From the NCBI GenBank assembly GCA_028534125.1, contig CM052850.1, forward strand, positions 25,978,001 through 26,042,000: a stretch of DNA of 64,000 nucleotides, read 5' to 3'. The stretch is from Lama glama (taxonomy: Eukaryota). Below, in pieces: positions 36,488 through 45,815 of this stretch. A program made the position numbers and the translations under genes. Numbering within the stretch: the first letter of the stretch is position 1; every line of letters begins with the position of its first letter. The notes under the pieces were generated by a model, which worked only from the letters and a program-made list of their open reading frames with translations, was not told the origin of the DNA and did not search any database.

Positions 36488-36568
36488 TCAGGCGGCTGGC
36501 TTCGGCAGACCATCAGGGCCCAGCAGGTGAGCACCAGGGTCGTCCAGGACTTGAGGCCCAGGTCCTAC
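36488..36568 (-). CDS. MVD: MVD exon 10 (coding part)
   Basis: [26 protein letters not shown]. Confidence 0.94.
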   Translation of the reverse strand, partial: VGPGPQVLDDPGAHLLGPDGLPKPAA

Positions 36569-39500
36569 CTGGCGGGTACAGAAATTAATGTCAGGGCAGG
36601 TGACAGGGAGGGGCAGAGTGCACCTGCCCTCCCAGGTAAGTGCAGATCAGAAGATGACAGCCCCCATGGTGACGCTGGCCCTGGGCCCAAGCCTCAGGCA
36701 GAGATGGGGTCCCCTGGGCACTTGCCTCCACAGCCCAGGCTTGGGGTGGAGAGCAGGTCCTGGGATGGAAGATAGGGGCTGTGGCCTGGGGGCACAAGGT
36801 CACGGTCTTGGAATCAGGCAGATCTAAGGGAAATCCCGGCCCCACCACTGAGCAGGACCCTGACCTGGTCTGGTGGGGTGACCTGGAGGCCCCCACATTC
36901 CCCAGCACAGGAACGCTGCCCCACGCACCACAGGGCCCTCACACGTCCACTGAGAGTGAGCGAGGGAAACACTGGGTGCTTTGAAACCCGAGGAGCAGGG
37001 TTCCTGCTACCTGACCGTCAGCAAAGTGGCCCCCAGCCTGGCCGAGCCCACAGGCCTGTGACGGGTGCGGCCGGGGCTCACCTGGGTGGCAATGATGTAC
37101 TTGATGCCGCCAGGAGCGGGGTCCTCGCCCAGCACAGCTTTAAGCTCGTCCGAGAGCAGGGCAGGCTCCACAGGCAGCCCCTGCAGAAACCTGGGAGAGA
37201 ACGGCAGGCTGGCCCGGGGTCCGCAGACGCGGTGTGCAGACAGGCGGCTCCAGGACGGAAGCCCCAGAGTGGCTGCGCGGCTCGGGCTGTGACTGCCACC
37301 AGGACGGGCTCTTGCGGGCTGATGCACAAGTGCTGCTTGCCCCGCCCTGAATATTCTTAATGCCACCAGGCTGTCCACCCCAAGTGCTTGGTGGTGCGTT
37401 TCATGTTACCTGTGTCTCACCACGTGCGCTAAGCACTGTGCAGGAACGCCAGGGGCCTGGTGGGGTCCCTGAGGGGAGGTTTCGGTGCTGCCCCCTTGCC
37501 CTGGCCTGTGGCTACTGCCACGCACGTTGGGTAGCAGAACTTAAGAAAACACCTCAGTTCAAGCACAAACCTACAAACCACCCACAGGGTGACCAAGGCA
37601 ATGAGCCCCCAGAGGGCACACCAGCCGGTCTGTCCTCGGTCCTGTGGTCTGTCCCATCTGGTGGGGATGTAGTATCCAGCACCTCCCACTAGAAGGGGCA
37701 CTGCCCCCTCACAGTGATGGACAGAAGGACTCCACATGCCCCCCACACCCCCAGGGGGCAGGTGTCCCCACGCTGAGAACAGGGCCCCTTAGAACAGCTG
37801 GAGAGAAGAAATGCACTCTGCACAGAAGCCACTGGCGGCATGCGTGCGCGTGGGTGTGGGTGTGCGTGCGTGCGTGTGTTTGTGTGTGCCTGCGTGTGGG
37901 TTGGCTGGGCTGGGCGGAGGAGCGTCCAGGTCACACGGACGCGTCCTTGAGGATACACCGCCTGTGGTCTCCACGGGTCAACCCCCACCACAGCCTGAAG
38001 AGGAGAACCCACGCCTCCCACCCCTGCCTCCTGGACAGCGGCCCACAACTCACTTGTCTCCATTCGACTCAGGTGGGAAGCTGTGCCTCACGGCAGCCAC
38101 AAACTCAGCCACGGTCTCATCCAGAGTGAAGATTACAGCATTGGGACCCGCGTCAAATGTGTAGGCCACCTGGAACCATGCGTTCAGCGTGACCAGGTGC
38201 CGCAGCTCAGACCCACTCCCAGGTGCCAGGCGAACTCCCACCCACTCGGGACAAGGGGCTTGGACATGGGGCCACACAGCCGAATGAACCACAGTGAGAC
38301 AGAGCCCACCCGTGCCAGCCAGCCTGCCTTGGTGTGCCCGTGGAGGGCATTGAAGCGGTGCACCAGGTGGATGATGCGCCGAGACGTGTCGCTGAGGTAG
38401 GATATGGGCGGGAAGGTGTCCAGGCAGGTGGCGTGGAACTGGTTGCTGTCCTGCATGGTCAGCCGGCCGAAGGCCTGGAAGTCCCGCTCCCGGACACAGC
38501 GGGCCATCTCCACCATGCGGGCCGGCACCACCTCCTTGGCGCGGAACTGCAAGGCAGACAGTCTCCTAATGGTGTGGGCCCACTGGGGCTACGGGGCTGA
38601 GGGGCTGGGCTCCCAGGGCCCCCAGGGACCGGCCCGCCCGCCGAGTGAGGCCTCACCCTGAGCAGGGGGCTAGTCTCCACGCTGGTCTGCATGCCCACGG
38701 TGCTGCCCGTCAGCTTCTTCCCGGCGCTCACCTGCCCCAAGGGAGAGACGGCCTGGACTGTGCCCTGAAGCCCCGCCCTCCCCACTCCTGCACCCCCAGC
38801 TCAGCCGGGCCAGCCAGGGGGGCCCCTCGCTCCACAGCCGTCTCACTCACCACGAGGATGAGGACTCGGAGTTCGGGCCAGTGTGACTCAGGGGCCACCT
38901 GCCGGGCAATGCTGTCCTTCCCGTCAGCCCGTTCTCCCATTTGCCACTCCACGAAGCCACCGTACAGGCTGCGGCAGGCGCTGCCCGAGCCCCTGCGGGC
39001 CACTTCCGAGAGGTCACTCTCCACCCCATAGACGCGGGCCAGGGTGTAGGCTGCAGGCACAGGAGCAGGCAGGGCAGAGAGGCTCAGACAGGCTGGGGTC
39101 CGTCCTGGGCTCAGAGCCATGGGAGAGAAGGAATCCCAGCTCCCAAGGTGGGCATCCCCCACGGTGGGCTCAGGCACTCAGGACTTACAAGGAGCAGCTG
39201 CCCTGGAAGCCTGCTAGGGGCCTGGGGGCCCGTGCCCGGGGGCCTGGGCAGGCAGAGCTCTCTGAGGAGCTCTGAGGGGTGGTGGTGTAGGGGGTTTGCT
39301 GGGTCACTGGTCTCAGGACTCTGAGGACGTGTCCCTACCGCCCATCGCTGTGGTGACCAGCTTTGCCCCCAGGCAGGGGTCGGGGGCCCTGCTGGAGAGT
39401 GAACCAGCACAGGGAGGGCAGAGCTGGGGTGTAGAGCAAGAGAGATGGACTCCCAGTGGGAGGACCAGAACCTGGAGCCAGCTGTACCCCCTTGGAATTC

Positions 39501-40866
39501 CACTATGTAAGCCACAGAATCCCCCTACTCAGTTTAAGCAGGTTTGGGGGGTTTCTGCCATGTGCAGGGTCCCATCCACGGGTCCCCGGGAGATCTCGGC
39601 ACTCAAGACATGCGAGATCACCCAGGCCACGGCCGGTGTGAGGGGCACCTACCTAGGCAGGCATAGCCGGCCGCTGAGGAGGCCAGGCCCGCAGCCGTGG
39701 GGAAGTTGTTCTCCGAGGCGATGTGAACCTTGCAGCTGTGGCTGAGGGGCAGTGGGTCTTCCGGGCTGCCGCTCCTGCGCTTGCAGGCCAGACGGCGGAC
39801 TACAGGGAGAAGGAGTCGGCGCTGGGCAGAGCCGCCCACCTGCCGTCGGCCAGCACCCTTGGGGCTGGCCTCCACCCGAACCTCTCCCCGTGACTTCCTT
39901 CTTGGGAGGACCCAGGCCCGGACTTGGCCATGCTGACAGGCGACCACGGTCCCTGGGGCATGGGACGTGGCGGGCAAAGTGGCAGCAGCACCATCTGTGC
40001 CCTGGACCCCTGCGGCCTGAAGACCCAGCAGCTCCGGGCCCCCACTCACTCTCCTTCAGGCAGGCCTGGAGGCGCGGCTGCCTAATGTCCTCCTCGCAGC
40101 CGTTCAGCCAAATCCGGTCCTCCGTGAAGTCTCTGCTGATGGCGGCCGTCGTGGTGGTTTTTAACTGGGAAGGGAAACGCAGGGCCACCTCAGGAGCGGA
40201 TGCCCGCCAAGCACTCCTCTCTGAGGGTCCCTCCTGGTCACCCACCCAGGACAGTGGCCTTGCTGGAAAGCAGAGAGGTGGAGGCCCAGGCGGGCCAGGC
40301 TCGGTCAGTGGGGATGTCACACAGGCGTCCACTACACAGGGCACGACCTGTTTCCACGTTCCACGTCAGGGCCACTGGGCCGGGCACAGGGAATGAAGGA
40401 CAGGGACCCCCAGAGGAGGACCAGGCGTGTGCGCACGATGAGCATTCCTAACAGCGGCGGGTGGAACGGACACCGTTCATTGGCGGCGGGTTTGTCGCTA
40501 CCATTCGTAAACAAAAGTTCTGTAAATATTTTTGGTGTTTGCTGGCAGTCCACGCTAACCTGATCCTGGTGCAAAGTGACGCTCAGAGAGGAGTTGATGG
40601 GCAGGATCAGTTTCTCATCCCGCTTTCCCCCTGCAACAGACAACCCGAGGCAAAGCCAGTCAGTCCACTCGAGGGGCCAGCGGGGCCCAGCCCACCCGCC
40701 CCGCGGGCGGGTCCACCGCCCAAACCGGCGCCTCTGAATCCCAGTTTCCCCGTCCGCAGGCCCCCCAACACCGCGCCCCCAGGCCCGCATACTCACAGTA
40801 CTTGATGACCGCGATGTTGACCGGCGCGGTGCAGGTCACCGCCACGACCGGCTTCCCCGAGGCCAT
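36488..40866 (-). CDS. MVD: Diphosphomevalonate decarboxylase (10 exons; 400 aa)
   Basis: Exons 40797-40866, 40560-40630, 40050-40164, 39653-39799, 38851-39050, 38657-38731, 38328-38546, 38054-38169, 37082-37190 and 36488-36568 total 1203 nt. GHMP-kinase-family motifs are present: [51 protein letters not shown]. Confidence 0.97.
37082..37190 (-). CDS. MVD: MVD exon 9
   Basis: [18 protein letters not shown]...[10 protein letters not shown]. Confidence 0.93.
38054..38169 (-). CDS. MVD: MVD exon 8
   Basis: [27 protein letters not shown]... Confidence 0.94.
38328..38546 (-). CDS. MVD: MVD exon 7 (GC donor)
   Basis: [11 protein letters not shown]...[19 protein letters not shown]...HGHTK|gcaggc. 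Confidence 0.88.
38657..38731 (-). CDS. MVD: MVD exon 6
   Basis: [25 protein letters not shown]. Confidence 0.93.
38851..39050 (-). CDS. MVD: MVD exon 5
   Basis: YTLARVYG...[18 protein letters not shown]...LRVLILV. Confidence 0.94.
39653..39799 (-). CDS. MVD: MVD exon 4
   Basis: ...[26 protein letters not shown]. Confidence 0.94.
   Translation of the reverse strand, partial: SAVWPASAGAAARKTHCPSATAARFTSPRRTTSPRLRAWPPQRPAMPA
40050..40164 (-). CDS. MVD: MVD exon 3
   Basis: [22 protein letters not shown]...LQACLKE. Confidence 0.94.
40560..40630 (-). CDS. MVD: MVD exon 2
   Basis: [23 protein letters not shown]. Confidence 0.94.
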
Positions 40867-41500
40867 GGCCGAGGAACCGCGCGACCCCAGCCCACGACCG
40901 CGGGCCTTTCCAACCCGCGCCGCAGCCGGCCGGGCAGTTGGTCGGCGCCGCCCCACCTGTCCGCGCGCCGCCCAATCAGCGGCGGGCCTGGCCCACACTC
41001 CACTTTACAGCCAATGAACTGGATCGGACGACGGGCTGCTGACGCTGAGCCCGCCCCCGCTAGCCCGCGGCGGCGCTCCGGTTCTGCGCAGGCGCGGGGA
41101 TCCGGCCGTACACGGAGTCCGCGCGGGCGTCGCTCTGCGCAGGCGCGGGGTGGGCGCAGGCGCGTGGGGGCTTTTTGGGGACCGCGCCGCTCGTGCAGCT
41201 GAGGGGAGCTTCGGCCGGGCGGACGCGGTCAGCGCAGTAAGCGCCGTGGGCTCCGAGGTCCGTCCTGGGCCGAGATGGGGGGTGGCCGACCGCCCGGGCG
41301 GACTGGACGGGGCCGGCAGCTCCGGAGACGTCGTGACCTGCCCGGCCGAAGGGCAGGCGCTCCCAGCGCGGCAGGACGCGGGCCCCGCGGCCCGAAGTCC
41401 CCCCCTTCCTCTCCCCGCGAGGTCCCCCCGCAGCCTGAGGTCTCCCCTCGTCCCTCCGCCCAGGGTCCCCACGGGGTCCCCAGTCCTGGAGCCGAACGGT
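40650..41500. promoter_or_regulatory. MVD CpG-island promoter with two CCAAT boxes (40972, 41011), an SRE-like element (40994-41003), GC boxes and three NRF1-like sites
   Basis: Motifs seen directly; SREBP/NF-Y co-regulation is established for mevalonate-pathway genes. Confidence 0.75.
40797..40866 (-). CDS. MVD: MVD exon 1 (coding part)
   Basis: [23 protein letters not shown]; gtgagt donor. Confidence 0.95.
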
Positions 41501-41639
41501 GCCTGGGTGGGGGGGCTGCTAAGGGATGAACTGCTTCCGAGATTGGTGCTTTAAAACCCCACTCTCGTTTTTGAAGCTCCTGTAAGCAAGAGTTCTTTTT
41601 TTCACGGTTGAAATGCGGGTTGCCACATTTATATTGACT

Positions 41640-41800
41640 CTTACTGTCATAAAATGTGCCATTTTAACCACTTTTAAGCAAACAATTATGTGGCATTAAG
41701 TACTGACAATGTTGTGCAGCCACCACCACCCTCGGTCTCCAGAACTCATCCAGTATCCTAAACCGCATCTACCCGTTGAACCGTAACGCCCAATTTTCTC
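41640..41800 (-). mobile_element. L1M 3'-end fragment
   Basis: cataaaatgtgccattttaaccacttttaag...gtggcattaagtac...atgttgtgcagccaccaccacc. Confidence 0.6.
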
Positions 41801-41865
41801 TTCCTTTTGTAAAAATTTATTTTCAGCTTAATTTTTTTTTCACAAGCGCACTTTTTTTTTGCCGT

Positions 41866-41955
41866 CTTTTTTTTTTTCTAGTGGAGATACTGGGGATTGA
41901 ACCCATGACCTTATGCATGCTAAGCATACGCTCTACTCCTGAGCTATAACCTCTC
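41866..41955 (-). mobile_element. tRNA-derived SINE (camelid-type)
   Basis: poly-T, then gtggagatactggggattgaacccatgaccttatgcatgctaagcatacgctctactcctgagctata = antisense copy of the 28.8 kb element. Confidence 0.8.
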
Positions 41956-42099
41956 TTCCTATTTTTAGCTTTAAAATGGTTCAGATTTCAGTCAAGGTAA
42001 AAGTATGCAACATAAGGTCTCCCACTTTGGGCCTAGCCCCCCAGTTCTGTTCCTGGAAGGACCAGTGTTACGAATTCTGTGTATTTTCATCAATGTTTT

Positions 42100-42600
42100 A
42101 TACGTCATAGGAGCAAATAGCTTTTTTCCCACTTACTGGTTTCTTGGAAATCATTTCTGATGATCTAGACTTGCTGTAACTTGTCCAACACATCCCCTGT
42201 TGGTGGACACCTGGGTTGTTACCAATTTTTTTGACACAAGCTGCTGTTTTGTGCAAGTATGAGTCCTTCTGCAGGTGAAACTCCTGGAGTTGTGGGCCCC
42301 GCAGGATGTGCCCGAGGTAATTTTGATAGCTGAGCAAGTCCCATCTGCGGAAGTTCGTCAGATGCTTGAAGTCTAGCCACCAAAGCACAGGCGTGCGAAC
42401 CTTCCTCGCACAGCAGACCTCGTCTGTCTGATGCCTGAAAGATGGCATCTCACTGTTTACAGTTGCATTTCTGATGGTTATTGTTTTTAAGTTTTTCTTG
42501 GAATCACTTTTCTGTTTCATGCAAAGACACTGAAACTTCTTTTGAAGAGCTGCTGGTAGATTGCTCTGGACGGCGTCACCGTGTATTTTCTGAGCTACAG
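42100..42600 (-). mobile_element. Old L1 (L1ME-like) fragment
   Basis: tcccctgttggtggacacctgggttgttacc...tggcatctcactgtttacagttgcatttctgatgg. Confidence 0.5.
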
Positions 42601-42754
42601 AGGCTGGGTCACCCGTGAACCTCGGTGATCTGTGTCCTGCCATGGTGATGATGGCAGGGCCAGCACGCACGTTCATTTTGCACCTATTTGGTGCCAGATG
42701 GTGCGCTAGGTGCTTCACCCTGCAGCCCCTTGGTAACTTCAGCTTTACTATTTA

Positions 42755-43070
42755 TAAGTAATGTGTCCCCCCTGAAATTCATACGTTGAAACTTAACGCC
42801 CCAGTGTGATGGGGTCATGAGGGTGGAGCGTCGTGAATGGGACTGGAGCCCTCCTAGAGAGACCCCACGGCTCCCTCGCCCCTTCCCCACGTGAGGACAC
42901 AGCGAGAAGACACCGTCCGTGAATCAGGAAGGGGCGCTCACCAGACACCGCACCTGTCGCCGCCTTGATCCTGGGCGTCCAGCCCCAGAACTGAGAGAAC
43001 TCGCTGGTGGTTGTTGAAGCCCCCTCGTCTGGGGTATTGTTCATTATAGCGACCGGAACAGGCGAGGACC
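42755..43070 (+). mobile_element. MaLR solo LTR (MLT1A-like)
   Basis: tgtgtcccccctgaaattcatacgttgaaac...gtgaggacacagcgagaagac...ctcaccagacacc...ccagaactgagaga. Confidence 0.75.
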
Positions 43071-43085
43071 GAGTTGCATGCACAC

Positions 43086-43190
43086 GATTTATTTATTAGT
43101 TTTGTTTTGGGGGGAGGTAATTAGGTTTGTTTATTTTTTAACAGCAGTCCTGGGGATTGAACCCAGGGCTACTCAGCTAGACCGTCCCCC
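43086..43190 (-). mobile_element. Internally deleted tRNA-derived SINE
   Basis: Tail ggggggaggtaattaggtttgtttatt and ctggggattgaacccagg match the same SINE family. Confidence 0.65.
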
Positions 43191-43884
43191 TTGCATGTGA
43201 TTGAAGGGGGCAATTACCAGGACCCCCACACACACCCATCCAGGTTCTCAAAGGCAGCCACTTCCAAATCTCTTACTTCCCTCCATGTTTCTAAGTAAAC
43301 AGCTTGTTTTTTCTCTTCCTTTCTCTCCTTCCTTTTTTCCTGTTAAGACGGTATCTGTTCATACCACCAAGTAGACATGAGGAATTCTCTTCTATCAGGA
43401 CCACAGTCCTCCCTCCCCCATGCAGTGAAATGTTTTCATTGTTATGATCGTGTAAACCACGCACTCAGGTGAGCCACGTGGGTGTAAACGCCTGACCGTG
43501 TGCATGTGGGCAAGGGCTCTCTCGTTTGGTAGGGAACCTTGAATTGAAGAAGGTGGACACCATCACCCCAGTTCTCCGGAATGGTCAGCCTATACACATG
43601 TGCAAGACTCATCACAGGGTGTCTGGGGTGTATAACTGTGAAGTCAGTGTTTTTTTCTATTTCCTGTTTTTTTGTCAAATAGATGTGAGTAATAACTGTG
43701 GGCGTGATAAACCAAGGACAGAAACTTTAAGACATGCACTCACACTTTCGGATTTGTCCCAGTGTTTTGGGGGGCGGTGGGAGGTGTGGGATGCCCAGGG
43801 GTCAGGATCCAGGTGTCCAGGCTGAGATGCAGGCTGAAAACCAGGGGCCGCTCCTGCCTCCGCCTGGAGCCCGTGGTTTCAAAG

Positions 43885-44500
43885 CATTTTTTTTTTTTAC
43901 TGTGGCAAAATACACATAACATGAAGTTTACCATCCTAACCATTTTAAGTGTGTTGCTCAGTGCCATTAAGCACATTCACACTGTGAGACTCTGTCCCTG
44001 TCAAATGCTGACTCCCCCAGCCCCTGGCAGCCACCTTTCTGCTGTCTGTCTCTGAGTTATTCGGGGGGCCTCATGGAAGTGGAGTCCTGCAGGATTTGTC
44101 CTTTTGTGTCTGCCTTATTTCACTGAGCGTGTTTTTGAGGTTAGTCCACACTGGCACCTTTCAGAGTCTCCTTTTTGAGGCTGAGTATTATTCCACCGTG
44201 TGGGTCCATCGTCTGGCCGCTGGGAGCAGTGCTGCTGTGAGCACGGGTGTCAGGCCTCCACGTTCCTGTTTTCTGTCCTTTTGGGTGAATGTGTGGCGGC
44301 GGAGTTGCTGGGCCGTACAGTGACTCTGGTTAACTTTTTGAGGAACCTCCAGACTGTTCTCTGCAGCAGCTGCACCGTCTTACATCCCCAACAGCACGTG
44401 GTTATCTTCTTCCAGTTTCTCCACATCTTTTTTTTTAATGGTTGCCACCCTAAAGGGTGTGAAGTGCCAGTTCATTGTGACTTTGATGTGCGTTCCCAGA
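43885..44500 (-). mobile_element. L1MB-like 3'-end fragment
   Basis: tttttactgtggcaaaatacacataacatgaagtttaccatcctaaccattttaagtgt...tttttgaggaacctccagactgtt. Confidence 0.7.
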
Positions 44501-45424
44501 TTTCCTTTTATTTGTGGTGGTTTCCCAGTGTTGAGAGAGTACATGGGATGGTGTTTCTCAAATGCTGGCTGCTAGGAGCAGGTCTGAGTCAGGTCGGGGG
44601 TCCTGAGACCCCGCCTGTGCAGCTGGCGCCCCGGGCGCTGCCAACAGGAGTTGCTGGGCCAGGGCCGCTGAGCTGCAAAGACAGATGCTGGGAAGCCCAG
44701 GGGCTCTGGGGTCAGGCGGACCTGGTGGTGCAGTGACTTTCTTCCCCGCAGCAGAGCAGTTGTCCCTGCAGCAGACTGCCAAGGGCAGGGAATAAATGAC
44801 CCCTCCCTTGGTGGTGGCAGCTTGGCCCCTCATGTGGGGGTGGAGATGAGAATGAGCTGCCCAGGGCGGAAAGAAGGAAGCCCAGTGCACAGTGTATGAG
44901 CCGGGTGTGGGGCCGACGGTCACCTCCAGGCAAGGGGTCCCTTCCCCACTGGTACCGCCATTTGTGCCCCGCAGCAGCGGGCAGGCGAACGTGGGGGAGC
45001 CTCCTGCTTGCCCAGCCAGGTCCGGGTGCACGAGCATTGGGGGGCACCGAGGGCGGTGAAGCAGGATCAGAGCCGCCTGCCCCTCCCACCCACAGAGGGG
45101 ACCAGGGACCCTGGGTGGTGGTCCTCGGTGCCTTCAGCTGCCTGGCCTGCGTGTGCGACCTACCGGGCGTCAGGACAGGAGATCCTTGAAAAGATGGCGT
45201 GTGCTCGTTTGGAGATGTTCTTTTTTCCCCCTTCTTTCCCTTCTGTTTCAGCTCACTCCCCCCGGACACCCTCAGCAGTGAGGCTTTTCTGGAACCTGGC
45301 GGGCGTGGACCGCCACCTGGAGAGGCAGTGGGAAGGCTCGCCTGTGTGGTGGTGCATGGAGAGCAGCCGCAGGTGAGGGAGAGGCTCAGAGATGTGAGGC
45401 CGTGGAGTTTGCAGGACTTCGATT

Positions 45425-45815
45425 TTTTGGTGTTTTTTCACAGAGGGGAAGCATCTGTAACAGCGTTCCGGGTGTCGTGCCGCCTTCACCACCAAGCCTC
45501 TGGAACCTTCTCATCTTCTTACACTGAGACTCTGTCCCCACTGAGCACAGACGCCCCCAGCCCCGCCCCCGCCGTCTGCTCCCTGTGTCTGTGAACCTGA
45601 CTCCTCCAGGTCCCCATATAAGTGGAATCGCAGGATTTGTCTGTCTGTGTCTGGCATCTCCCCGAGCATCACGTCCTCGTGGTTCGTCCACTCAGTGCGT
45701 CAGGACTTCTGCGGCTGAGTGATGTTCCGTTCCATGGATGGACCACGTTTCATCCATCAGTGGACACTGGGTTGCTTCTGCCTTTTGACCACTGTGGATA
45801 ACACTGCCATGCAGT
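45425..45815 (-). mobile_element. L1MB-like fragment
   Basis: cactgagactctgtcccc...cccatataagtggaatcgcaggatttgtc...tggacactgggttgcttctgccttttgacc. Confidence 0.55.

Noticed and set aside
42098-42718. 206-aa ORF with more ordinary amino-acid composition
   Set aside because: It overlies a decayed L1 fragment; not a host gene.
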